From assembly GCF_006345805.1 (NCBI RefSeq), contig NC_043008.1:44144001-44208000 (forward strand): a stretch of 64,000 nucleotides of DNA. The letters are read 5' to 3'. Origin of the DNA: Octopus sinensis. Its lineage: Eukaryota. The notes below the pieces were generated by a model. That model made no database searches and had not been told where the DNA came from. It saw only the letters and a list, made by a program, of their open reading frames with translations. Position numbers and translations under genes: made by a program. Shown here piece by piece: positions 25,963 through 38,713 of the stretch (positions are counted from its first letter, which is position 1; the number at the start of each line of letters is the position of its first letter).

Positions 25963-26174
25963 TACAAGGGGGTGCTGAAAATTCCTGGTTTTAAGGGTGT
26001 CGTGAAAGACCTAATAGGAGGCCCAAACTTTGGAGTTCTCTTACAGAGCTTAGGCAAACTGAAGGACCGCTACGATTAGTGTGTGAATGAGGGGAATATG
26101 TTGAATAAAATCACAACTGATCCTTCTGTCTTTTCTTTAACCCAAAGCCAGAAGCTTTTCAGCACGAACTCGTA
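25963..26174. mobile_element. Tc1/mariner-type MITE
   Basis: TA-flanked imperfect TIRs: TACAAGGGGGTGCTGAAAATTCCTGG ... CCAGAAGCTTTTCAGCACGAACTCGTA. Confidence 0.75.
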
Positions 26175-26775
26175 TATAGGTAAATTATGGTCATTATAGA
26201 AGAAACAATGCATCGATGTTCTTTCTGACCTGTTAAATTATTGAGTTCTTTATGAATAGGTTTTTTCCTCCTTGCATAAACACTTATTCAATCCCGCAAA
26301 ATATTTGGGACTTACAAAACTTTCGACTCTTTTAAGAAAGTTTTTTTGTTCATCTTAAATCACCTATTTATATTTTTTACTGATTTCAAATCCCTAATTT
26401 TTTCTTATTATTTACCCCTCGTGAGCCTATAATTGCAATAAGAAGCGGTTTAAAATAAAGAATGCAAGCACGACCTCGTATTTAGGCAAAATATGGTCAT
26501 TATAGAAGAAATAAAGCATTAATGTTTTTATGACCTGTTAAATTATTGAGTTCTTTATGAATAGGGGTTTTTCCCCTTGCATAAACACTTATTCAATCCC
26601 GCAAAATATTTGGAACATAGAAAACTTTCGACCCTTTTAAGAAATTATTTTTGTTTATCTTAAATCACCTTTTTTTTTAATATTTTTTACTGACTTCAAA
26701 TTCCTATTGTTTTCCTATTATTTATCACTCGTGAGCCTATAATTGCAACAAGAAGCGGTTTAAAATAAACAATTC
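26161..26775 (+). repeat. Tandem duplication, two ~306-bp units
   Basis: Unit starts AGCACGAACTCGTA at 26161 and AGCACGACCTCGTA at 26467, with colinear similarity throughout. Confidence 0.92.
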
Positions 26776-27234
26776 AAACGAAATAATTACATTTCCTAAT
26801 ATTTTGAGCATTGCAGACATAACCAGTACAACATGTGATTGAAACGGGACTAAAATGTTTGCGTCATTGAAGCCAAAAACGCAATTTATTCCGCAGTTAT
26901 TCATCGACAAAGATTAAATGGAATGACTAGGATCTTAGAGTATTTCTCACTAATTCTCCTTCTGCGACAGCCATACCAATAATTTTCTCTCTATGTTCCG
27001 AAGCATCGCCAGTGCCTTTTGTATTCTTTTATGTATAATAGCATTTTAAACTCAAGATCACAATTATACGCACACTCTCTCAACCTCTCTCTCTCTCTCT
27101 CTTCCTCCCTATTAACACACACATATATATACATATATATATAAACATACACCACACATATATTTTTAGTCTATATTTATCATTATCTTTCCGTATCTCA
27201 TATTCTCCATGCAGTTTTTTTGTTTTTATTGAAT

Positions 27235-27773
27235 TTCAATTTTCTTCTTCTTCTTCTTTTTCTTCTTCTTTTTCTTCCTCTTCTTCTTCTTCTACTCCTT
27301 CTTCTTCTTCTTCTTCTTCTTCTTCTTCTTCTTCTTCTTCTTCTCTTCTTCTTCTTCTTCTTCTTCTTCGTCTTCGTCTTCTTCTTCTTGTTCTTCTCCT
27401 TCTTCTTTTTCTTCTTTTTCTTCTTCCTTTTCTTCTTCTTCTTCTCCTTCTCCTACTCCTCCTACTCCTCCTCCATCTTCTTCTTCTACTACTTCTTCTT
27501 CTTCTTCTTCTCCTTCTCCTTCTCCTTCTCCTACTCCTCCTCCTCCTCCTTCTCCTTCTTCTTCTGCTTCTCCTTCTTCTTCTTCTTCTTCTTCTCCTCC
27601 TCCTTCTTCTTCTTCTTCTTCTCACCCTTCTCATGACGAATATCTCATCATCATCACCATCAACATACTCCTCCCACTCTCCTCTCCCGCCTCCTCCTCC
27701 TCCCCTCCTACTAATCATCACCATTATCATCTTTGTCGTTGTCGCTGTCATACGCTGCACCCCTCCTGCTCAT

Positions 27774-27809
<36 letters not shown>

Positions 27810-27830
27810 CACTACTACTACTACTACCAC
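27235..27830. repeat. Compound (TTC)/(TCC)/(TAC)n trinucleotide tract
   Basis: Direct reading; source of the poly-R/E/F/L ORFs. Confidence 0.95.
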
Positions 27831-28239
27831 GGTCATTTTTATTTTTTTGCAACTTAAATCTTATGGTATTTGACACAACGTTCCCGGGATTAGGGTCCAC
27901 ATTAAAATCTTACAGTCGTTGAACGTTCAATGTGAGCATAAAGACTCGCTTCTCATAAAAACACGATTGAATTCCACTGTCTTTTATACATTTTTGTAAT
28001 TGAAGTACGTAAGGCATTGCCTAGGAAGTAATTACAACGGAACCAATCACGCTATAATTACTATTGGAAAATAATAAATTGATGTGTTTAGTAAACAGAA
28101 ATGATATGCGTTGCACCAATATGAAACAAAAAAAAGCCAAATCCGGAAGAGTAATGAGACAGAAGAGGAATAATAAAATGAAGCCGCCATGGAAAGAATC
28201 GAGGACGACTCAGAATATCCACGGACGATTGTGTCGAGA

Positions 28240-28406
28240 TGCTTTTGTGGTAAGTAGCTTGCTAAACAACCACATGGTTCCGGGTTCAGTCCCACTGCGT
28301 GGCATCTTGGGAAAGTGTCTTCTGCTATAGCCCCGGACCGACCAATGTCTTGTGAGTGGATTTGGTAGACGGAAACTGAAAGAAGCCTGTCGTATATATG
28401 TATGTA

Positions 28407-28449
<43 letters not shown>

Positions 28450-28696
28450 TATATATATGAGTGTGTGTGTGTATATGTTTGTGGGTCTGTGTTTGTCCCC
28501 CTAGCATTGCTTGACAACCGATGCTGGTGTCTTTACGTCCCCATCACTTAGCGGTTTGGCAAAAAAGACCGACAGAATAAGTACTGGGCTTACAAAGAAT
28601 AAATCCCGGGGTCGATTTGCTCGACTAAAGGCGGTGCTCCAGCTTGGCCGCAGTCAAATGACTGAAACAAGTACAAGAGTACAAGAGTACAAGAGT
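28240..28696 (+). mobile_element. SINE family B
   Basis: Family B structure with an expanded internal TA repeat. Confidence 0.92.
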
Positions 28697-28892
28697 ATAT
28701 ATATATATATATATACATATATGTGTGTGTGTCTGTATATATATATATCTGTGTGATCATTCCATTATATTTAAAGCCCAGCATTCAACACTTTATGCCT
28801 GTTTTATATTGTCCCCCTAATCGATCACCCTGGTGGCAATTAAAAGAAATCGTCATCATCATCATCATCATTATCATTATTATCACCGTTCA

Positions 28893-29282
28893 GGCGGCGA
28901 GGTGGCAGAATCATTAGCACCCCAGGCGAAATGCGTAGCCGTATTTCGTCCGTCGCTACGTTCAGAGTTCAAATTCCGCCGAGGTCAACTTTGCCGTTAA
29001 ATCCTTTCGGGGTCGATAAATTAAGTACTAGTTACGCACTGGGATCGATGTACTCTACTAGATCCGTTCGTCTGTCCTTGCTTGTTCTCTCTGTGTTTAG
29101 CCCCTTGTGGGTAGTAAAGAAATAGGCACTTCGTCTGACGCTACGTTCTGAGTTCAAATTCCCCCGAGGTCAACTTTGCCGTTCATCCTTTCGGGGTCGA
29201 TAAATTTAGTACCAGTTACGCACTACGGTCGATATAACCTACTAGATCGGTTCGTCTGTCCTTGTTTGTCCTCTCTGTGTTT
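28893..29282 (+). mobile_element. SINE family A dimer
   Basis: Head plus unit 1, junction AAATAGGCACTTCGTC near 29125, then unit 2. Confidence 0.9.
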
Positions 29283-29487
29283 GTTGTCGTTGTCGTTATT
29301 GCAATCATTTTATAGAGAGTGCTGTAATGTAGTATATAGACAGTTATATTCCTGATTCAATTTCCACTTCCGGTTATAGCAGACATTTCACTTCTCTTAG
29401 AATATTGCAGTAAATAACTTGCTTGAACATAGACGAAATATGAATATATCTATCAATCTATCTCTCTCTATATATATATATGTATAT

Positions 29488-29597
<110 letters not shown>

Positions 29598-29717
29598 TGG
29601 CAAGTCGCTGCAGTAAATAAATAAATTCTTCTTCTTCTACTTCCGCTCCCTCTTCTTCCGCGTCTCCTCCTTCTCCTCCTCCTTCTTCTTCTTCTTCTTC
29701 TTCTTCTTCTTCTTCTT

Positions 29718-29748
<31 letters not shown>

Positions 29749-29757
29749 TTATTATTA

Positions 29758-29824
<67 letters not shown>

Positions 29825-31684
29825 GGTGCTAGTTACTTAGGCTATATATATATATCTGTTTCTTGCTGTTATTATTGTTAACAAGTCTTATTTTTATCGT
29901 ATGACTTCACTGCACAAACAAGTGCAGCTCTTTTGTGCGTGCAAGTGTCCCGCGTTATGTTTTTTTGATATATATTTTCAGCCGTATTGAAAGTAATCTA
30001 TGTAAAATGAGTGCAGCTCTTAATACTTGTCTGTTTGGCAGGTGGAATATGTTTACTAATCCTAGGAATTTGCCTATGCCTTTGTATAATTTTCAGTAAT
30101 TTTGAAGAATTACCAATGTAGATTTAAATATTCTGATTATATATGTACGCTCTTTCATATGGTTATCTATATTTTCCGATCTTTGTATTTAATAATTTTT
30201 GCTTCCACTTAGCTTTATCATAAACGTTGAGACTGACTGATACTTCGTGAGTCATTGAACAGAGAGGTGGGGATAAGTGATAGAACTACTGTTGCAAGAT
30301 CAGGAAAGTGCGAGTCATGCATTGTAGAGAAACATCTTAGAGACTGTAGATTTATAGATTTTCATTAAGCTGGGGTTTTTTTCAGTTTAAACGTTGAGTA
30401 ATTAATTAACAGTAGTGTTTTTATTCTGTTTTTTTTTTTGTTTAACTATATTTCATTCTGTTTGAGGTTCCGGTGGTTTGGCAGAGTCGTTAAAACATCA
30501 GAAGATGCACCTTGTTTTATTATGCCTTGAGTTCAAATCGCCAACGATGAAGTCGATTTAAATTTCATCCTTTCAAAGGTAATTAAAAGTAATTCCAATC
30601 GAATAGAGGGATTAATAGAATACGCTGTTTCCTATCTCCGCGACAATAGCAACAGATTGTTCACATATTTACGTATAACACTGATTACAGAAAGATGAGA
30701 CCGTTGACACTATCTGCACAAGTGTGTAGATTGGTATTCGTAAAAAAAAAAACATTATCGATTACTTCCCAGGTATATTTCACTTAAGAAATATCGAAAT
30801 ATTTATCAGACGGAGTAACGTTTCCTGCCAAATCTTATTCTTTCATATGGCTTCTTATTATTACGAAGGCGGCGAGCTGGCAAAATTGTTAGCGCTCCGG
30901 GCAAAATGCTTTGCGGCACTTCGTCAGTCTTTACGTTCTGGTTTCAAATTGATAACATAACGACCACTCGAGCACTGGGGTGGATGTAATCAACTTACCC
31001 CAACCCACTTGTGCCTATAGTAAAACGGATTATTATGATTTCTGGCTGATTCAATGTAAATCGCGTGTTAGTCGGGATATACATGTCGCAGACTATCGCA
31101 ACCGCATCACCCTCACACAACGCAACAGGCCCCAAACATATTCCCAATTACTTTAGTGTATTATGCTCCATGGTCTTCATTTTTGCATGAAATGTGCAAC
31201 TGGAAATGAAGCATTTCAGCTCTTTGGAGACCGACTTCGTGATATATAAAGGGATTTATTGGACAACATTATCCAATGAGTTCTCCATTACTGTATGTTT
31301 TAAGAACATACTGAGTGTGATTTGACTGAGACTTATCTGACATTTGCAGCAGTCCACATACCTGGAGGCCTTTCACAGTTTAGTGCAATTTGTGTCTTAT
31401 TGTATGTGATGTTGGTAAACGGGGTGTCTAGACATTATACTTGAACAGCTTAAGGAATCATAAACATTAAAACAAATGTTACATTTTTTCATTTTTGGAT
31501 AAAATATTTCCAATCATTGTTCGAATTGTTGTCTCCTGGCTGAGTCTGACCTCAATCAATGATTTCTGAGTGAGTCTGTGTAGGTGGAATATAGGTTAAG
31601 GCCCATAGAATGGAGGGGATATTGCACAATAGACAGAATTATTTCCTGCGCCGTTTTTAATGCCAGTAGATAACACTTGAACAA

Positions 31685-31918
31685 GGCGGCGAGATGGCAG
31701 AACCGTTAGCGCACCGGGCGAAATGTTTAGCGGTATTTCGACTGCCGTTACGTTCTGAGTTAAAATTCCGCCGAGGTCGACTTTGTCTTTCATCATTTCG
31801 GGGTCGATTAAATAAGTACCAGTCACACACTGGGGTCGATATAATCGACTTAATCCTTTTGTCTGTCCTTGTTTATCCTCTCTGTGTTTAGCCCCTTGTG
31901 GGTAGTAAAGAAATAGGT
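31685..31918 (+). mobile_element. SINE family A, full length with TSD
   Basis: TAACACTTGA is repeated on both sides. Confidence 0.92.
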
Positions 31919-33271
31919 AACACTTGAGCACTTTTAGTGGAATCCAATCTGTCACATTGAATTCGGACAGGTCTTTTTCTGATACTGGCTTCCACATTTC
32001 TTTTACGAGGTCACTGCGAAAGGGTTCCTGAACTCAACCCTTCATACGGTTATTTATCTATCAAATGAAAAATCCTCGTGGTTCCTGTTTCCTCCAACGT
32101 GCATCCTATCAATGATAAGTTCTCTTTTATTTACTCTCTGATAGCAACTGAACGCACTGTTTCTTTGGAATTTCTAACAAAAATTATAAAATACAGCTGT
32201 ATATATGATTTCTTTCGTTTTAACATCACTACATATTGAAGTGTCATTTTGAATTACGATTTTGTTTCTTTGATTTTTCTTAATCCTTATTTGTACTTAA
32301 TCCTCATCGATATCTTTTGTTATTGTAATTGGTTTCTAGTTCGCAGTTTACTGGCTTCTGACACAAAGGGAAACATTTTTTTTTAATATTACCTTTTTCT
32401 AATCTCTCTGTTTTTGTTAAGATCTACATAATTATCTGCACCAATTCTTGTAATTTTCTTTTCAAATAATAGCATGCACCTATATTCCTGTTATATCTAA
32501 ATCATATATATTATATCTAAGTCATATCAGTCGTAGGCCATGGTTCTGTGAAACAATGACTAATTTCACCATTCTCCTCATTGCATTAAACCTTTACTTC
32601 ATGACTGGTGTAGCTATTTCCTATAACCTTATTATTCAATCGTTTCTTTGTTTTTATATCATTTTGATTTGTTTCTCGTATTTGTTTTTAAATTTGTATT
32701 TCACTTCTTCATCTTTTATCTCATTAGCTGTGTCATTACTGCGTTTGTTGCCACTGAGTGCATCCATACTAACTTTACTAGTCTACATCACTCGAAAATA
32801 AACTTAGACATTTTTGACTAAACCGATGCATAATACGGATTAAGCCTGACTTAATCTTTGACTCTCAGTGTACGTTATTTGATTTCAAAACAAATTACTG
32901 CTAGCCAATAACCTTCTGCGGCAAGCGTAGAATTGTTAGAAAGACAATTCGTAAACTTTGTTGGAGATGCAATGTTCGTCTAACTCACACTTTACAAACA
33001 TGTCTATTTCTTGGTCTCATCTATTCCTAATACGTTCAGTAAGTTATTTTATTTCACTTTATTTTATTTCATTGTATGGTGTTTTATTTCATTTCATTAT
33101 AATGCATTACACGTTAGTTTATTTAAAATTATTTTTGAAGAGTGCTCACAGAACAGCAAGACCCCAGACAATTTATTTGTTCTTAAAACATTCTGGTAGA
33201 TTAACAAGCTATTCTGCATGCATAATTATTTGCTTGGAAAACACCAACACGGAACAGCAAGTGATTGGTTT

Positions 33272-33477
33272 GCCGGGCGAAATGCGTAGCCGTATTTCGT
33301 CTGCCGTTACGTTCTGAGTTCAAATTCCGCCGAGGTTGACTTTACCTTTCATCCTTTCGGGGTCGATGAATTAAGTACCAGTTACGCTCTGGGGTCGATG
33401 TAATCCACTTAATCCGTTTGTCTGTCCTTGTTTGTCCCCTCTGTGTTTGGCCCCTTGTGGGTAGTAAAGAAATAGGT
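33272..33477 (+). mobile_element. SINE family A, 5'-truncated
   Basis: Matches the family from GCCGGGCGAAATGC onward. Confidence 0.9.
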
Positions 33478-34018
33478 TTGTTGTTCCCTATATACAAGAG
33501 CTCGTATTCTTGTCAGCTTCATCGGTGCAACCGTGGGACAGTCTTGACTGTAAAAGCGAAACACCGTAATATGTTGAAGCCCTCACTCTGCTAAAACGGT
33601 GAATCACACGTTTTATGAACAAAGCATCGTCTAAAAGAGCGACGTATTCTTCGTTGAAATCAACAATGATTAGAGATTCCCAATTGGATCAGCAGGAATG
33701 TATTAAAAAGAAAAAAGATTCGTTAAAGTGTTTTATCTTTTCCATCTATTCATCTTTAATGGTTTGACATGTTGTAGTCAATAGATTGCTTTAGTTTTAG
33801 GCATGCTCTATGTGTATAAATGACTCCATTTTTAAGCGTTGTATTTTATCAAAGGAAGGTTTCTGTAATAAATCCGTGCAAGGCATCGATTTACTAATAT
33901 ATATTCTTATTATAGTCACATTCCCTTTCAACACTCGTTCAGCGTCTATGGTGAGATGTTATTATCTTTCAGTTGAACAGCTTGTTAGTGTGTGGAAATG
34001 TCAGGAAAGAATATATTG

Positions 34019-34260
34019 TTAGTGAAAATACGTTATCGATCTGCAGTTTTTGAGTCTCCAGGTATTTTTCTTCCTCGGTATTAATATGGTTTTACATTCT
34101 AGTAAGCTGCCTTTTGTTTTATTCTGATTTTTCTGGAGTAATTTACTGAGGATGTTGTTACAATGCCATATGTTCAGGTGATGTCTGTTAAATTGGAGGT
34201 TTAACGCTTCTAAGAAAGACACTCACTTGTTAACGGACTTGATTGTATTGGTTTATTGCC
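34019..34260 (-). mobile_element. Decayed non-LTR reverse transcriptase fragment (possibly R2/R4/NeSL-like)
   Basis: LLECKTILIPRKKNTWRLKNCRSITY resembles the RT motif xxxTxLIPKxxxxxxxNYRPIT. Confidence 0.5.
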
Positions 34261-34559
34261 TGTTAGTTAAGATGGCTGTTCTAGAAGAAGGCATAACCAG
34301 GTGACAAAGGAGATCAATTCGCTACCTCGTGGTTCCGGGTTCGATCACACTGAAATCCATCTTCAACAATTTACTGGTCAGAAAACCAGCTAGAATTATC
34401 TATCTCGATTCAAACCATGAAATATCAAAACATTAAAAGGATAAAGAGCATACTTGACCTAGCAATCCCGCATGAGACTAAAAAGACGATGCGGTTATGA
34501 CTGCTGTGTCGCCATTTTTCGGTGTATTTCAACCAGAAAAATGTTCGCTTCAAGAGAAT

Positions 34560-34651
34560 AACAACTACATAATGCAACATTTTTACTTTTCAAATATTCC
34601 AATTCTAAAGTGTCGAAAAAAACCCGTGCAACGCCGGGCTATACTGCTAGT
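34560..34651 (+). mobile_element. Probable Helitron 3' terminus
   Basis: GC-rich hairpin CCCG-TGCAACGC-CGGG (34623-34638), then 8 nt, then CTAG followed by T. The 5' boundary is not located, so the start is arbitrary. Confidence 0.5.
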
Positions 34652-34910
34652 TTTAATATAAAATCTGAAAATAAATTCAATTATGGAAACATCTTGAAAC
34701 CAAAAGTATCAAAGTGATATGCCAAAGGTCGTTCGTGATGTAGTTTACCTGCAACTTCAGCTGTCATTAACACACCACTTTCTAGCTTTTCTATTGCATC
34801 ATATTATATAATAGGTTTTTTAAAAAAATATTTTAAAGCTGACAGAGTATATTTGAACTGATGCATGGCTGATGTTTCTAGCATGTCTAGTGACCATTTA
34901 GTGGTTCTCT

Positions 34911-35336
34911 CGGATCTTTTCGGTTTGAACGGCAGTTTTTTTTTAAATAATTTCCACGTAACTAAACACATTTAAACTTCGTATACTGGTAGACTATTTT
35001 TATAAGACATCTTTTTCTCTTGGCCTTATTGAGAAAATTCTATAGTTTGTAAGATATTTGTTGTGTTTTCTTTCTTCAATTTCTGCAATTTCAACCAATC
35101 AATGGCGTCTATTGAGGTGAAAACATTCTATGCCGTATGAATATGTCCCTCGTTTAAGAAACAGATGGGCTTATTTACATTTCTAAAGAAAAAAGATATC
35201 CTTCCCCCACCTCTAACCCTAACCCTAACCCTAAAACAGATTGAAATGCAATAGATCGATACTAGAGTCATAATTGTGGGTGACAATTTCATATGACACC
35301 GCTAGAAAAAACTGCCGTTCAAACCGAAAAGATCCG
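34911..35336. mobile_element. Non-autonomous TIR element (426 bp) with internal (CTAACC)3
   Basis: ~30-bp perfect TIRs CGGATCTTTTCGGTTTGAACGGCAGTTTTT. Telomere-like hexamers at 35213-35233. Superfamily not assigned. Confidence 0.85.
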
Positions 35337-35739
35337 TGTTCTTTATATTTTTAAGCTTACAGGGTATAATTGGACTGAGGCATGGCTGATGTTTCTAGCA
35401 TGTTTATTGACCATTTAGTGGTTCTCTCATTGGTTCGTAGAGGAGACTCTTTTTAGTTTTCGACCATCAACGTCTTCCCAATTTTATTCAAACCGTTGTA
35501 CAGAGTTTAAATTAAACTGCTTCTACAATGCTATCGATGATGGTTTTCAATAATGGAGGATATATTAATTCGGAATCATGGAATGGTAATAAAAGCTTAT
35601 AATATATTAATTGACGTTCTATAGATAATTCTTCTTCGAGACGCATTTCTTAAGAACGTTTTCTTTTTCTTTTCTTTTCTTTTCTTTTCTTTTCCTTTTT
35701 TTCAAGACAGACCATGTCATTAAATTCTCACACATGAGC

Positions 35740-35807
35740 TTCAGAACAAATAATAATAAAAATAATAATAATAATAAAATAATAATAATAATAATAATAA
35801 TAATCAT

Positions 35808-35851
<44 letters not shown>

Positions 35852-36039
35852 TAACAACAACAATAATAATAATGATAATAATAATAATATTAATAATAAT
35901 ATATAATAATAATGATATTAATAATAATATGTAATAATAATATATAATGATAATAATATTATATAATAATAATACTAATGATAATAATGATAATGATAAT
36001 ATTAATGATAATATCATTATTATTATTATTATTATTATT

Positions 36040-36085
<46 letters not shown>

Positions 36086-36399
36086 TAATAATGATGATGA
36101 TGATGACGATGATGATGATGATGATGATGATGGTAATGATAATAAACAAAAACAACAGCAACAGCAACAACAACAACAACATATACGGATGATTTCAATG
36201 GAATATGAAACATAACATCATTTGCATAATGTACTTCGTTCTTTCCGTTATTCTTTTTTTTGATATTTTTATGTTTTTCTTTTCAAAGATTTATAGTCGT
36301 TTCCTATTGTTTTTATTCCGTTTTTTTTACTATTTAATTCCTTTCTTTTGTCTACATTGTCTTCATCATCATCATCATCATCTACATCATCATTATCTT

Positions 36400-36440
<41 letters not shown>

Positions 36441-36495
36441 GCATTTCCTACTCATATCTATTGGTAAAACAGAAATAAATATAATAATAATAATA

Positions 36496-36558
<63 letters not shown>

Positions 36559-36623
36559 TAATAATAATAATATTAATAATAATAATAATAATAATATAAT
36601 AATAATATAATAATGATAAAAAT

Positions 36624-36671
<48 letters not shown>

Positions 36672-36678
36672 TAAAAAT

Positions 36679-36717
<39 letters not shown>

Positions 36718-36724
36718 TAAAAAT

Positions 36725-36761
<37 letters not shown>

Positions 36762-36860
36762 TAATAATAATGATAAAAATAATAATTAATAATAATAATA
36801 ATAAGAAGAAGAATAAGAAGAAGAAGAAGAATAAGAAGAATAAGAAGAATAAGAATAATT
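35740..36860. repeat. Large compound trinucleotide region (AAT, GAT, AAC, CAT, CAG, AAG)
   Basis: Direct reading. Confidence 0.95.
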
Positions 36861-37474
36861 AAACCTTGAGAGGATGTTGATGTTGCCTTGTCGGAGTGTT
36901 GAGCTCTCGGAGTGTTCTTGTTTATATTAAGAGGCCGAACCGCAACATTTGTTACAGCGTCAGAAAAGATGATTTCAGATGTTTTTGCGATCCTTTGCAT
37001 TCGGAGGTTAACATTGCGTTTTTTCCAACTATGGTCCGCAGAATAAAATATGAGTCACGTACTGAGATCGATGATATTGATTAACCCCTTCCCTCGAAAA
37101 TTTCTGGCCCTGTTCCAAAACTAAAAGTCATTATATATTATCATTATTATTAGCAGTAGTATTCAACCGTGGTCGTCTTTGCCTTTCATCCTTTAACTAG
37201 GATCGATGTAACGGACTAGTCTCCTCCCCCGCTTAAACACCGGGCCTCGTGCCTTTAGTAGAGAGGACTATTATTAACAGTAGTTTTGTCCCGCTTACAA
37301 TTCTGACTTCAAATTTCCCTGAGGTCGACTTGGCTTTCCATCATTTCGCAGTCAATAAAAATAAGTACCGGTTGGGTCCTGGGGTCGATGTAATGAACGT
37401 AACCATCTCCAAAAATTTCAGGTCGTGTGGCTTTAGTAGAAAAGATTATTAGCAGCAACAGCAACAACACCAGC

Positions 37475-37491
37475 AGCAGTAGTAGATGTGA

Positions 37492-37567
<76 letters not shown>

Positions 37568-37568
37568 T
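37475..37568. repeat. (TAG)n microsatellite
   Basis: Direct reading. Confidence 0.95.
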
Positions 37569-38387
37569 AGAGAAGTATTAACATTGTTGTTATTGATATT
37601 TTCATAATAATTGAATTTTTATTTTATTTATGTTGTGTAGTTATTTCATTCAACAGTCGACTTTTACAAGTCTCAAAAGTTTACTAATATCCTTTTGGAA
37701 TTCATATTTTATTTGACAAATCCATAAATCATTTCAGTATCCCAAACAAACTTAATTTTGACAAGCCTATAATTCAATTTAATTAGGCAGAAATTAAAGA
37801 GAAAACGATTACTCTAATATATAGATAACGATGTTTACTAGAATCTGTCAATATCTCTTTTGGATCGATTTTCAAACACGGAAACCGTTAGAAAATAGTT
37901 CGTGGGAATTTTTCTAACTTTCCATTCTATCTTCGCTGAGATAAACAAATATTGCAAGACTATGTTAATAACAACAAAAACATTCGAAACAATATTACAC
38001 TAACTTAGCAAGAAATCAAACTACATTTAATAGTAAAATGAATAAATATAAAGATCAAAATATACTATTTCGATGATGGTTGTGGAGTGTGATGTTGTCA
38101 AACTCTGTCGTTGATGAAGTGGTAGGAAACGTTTCGGGATATTTTATGCAATCGAGGTTGAATATGACGACACAACGATATAACGGCCTAACAGATGTAA
38201 AAAGAAATATGATGCAACATACTGGTCTTTGGGAGATAATAATTTCTACATAATATTTGTGAGGATTATAACTTTGAAGTATAAATTCAAGGAAAGGAGA
38301 TGCATAAAGATATGTTTTAAAATTTTAAACTTGTTTATATACTAGGAAGTATATATATGTTTGTATGTATATATATATATATGTTTG

Positions 38388-38474
<87 letters not shown>

Positions 38475-38503
38475 ATATTAATACATATATATTTTTTTCA
38501 ATA

Positions 38504-38713
38504 TGTGACCGCGTGTGTATCGTCGGCGATTTTCTTTCTCCGTCTTCCTTTCTTTGGACATTTTCTATATTTCTGACGAAGAGCTCCGCTCGAAACGTGA
38601 AATCCTCTTTCTTTTCTTTCTTTTCCTGAGCTTCCAATAACACAGTACTTGTTCCACGTCCTTGCGTTGTTGTTTTGTTGTTGTTTTTCTTGCTTGTTCA
38701 TGTTTGGATTAAC
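38504..38713 (+). mobile_element. Hammerhead-bearing short element, family HH1
   Basis: Runs TGTGAC...GTTTGGATTAAC between TA tracts. The motif at 38569-38603 reads AUUU-CUGACGA-A-GAGC UCC GCUC-GAAACGUG-AAAU. Confidence 0.85.

Noticed and set aside
27220-27857. Long ORFs rich in R/E/F/L/Y (up to 174 aa)
   Set aside because: They are translations of TTC/TCC/TAC microsatellites. The same applies to the IY/HT/CV/NNN ORFs elsewhere.
36896-37084. ICY...FRCFCDP EGF-like fragment
   Set aside because: It lacks the remaining cysteines and has only a weak donor.
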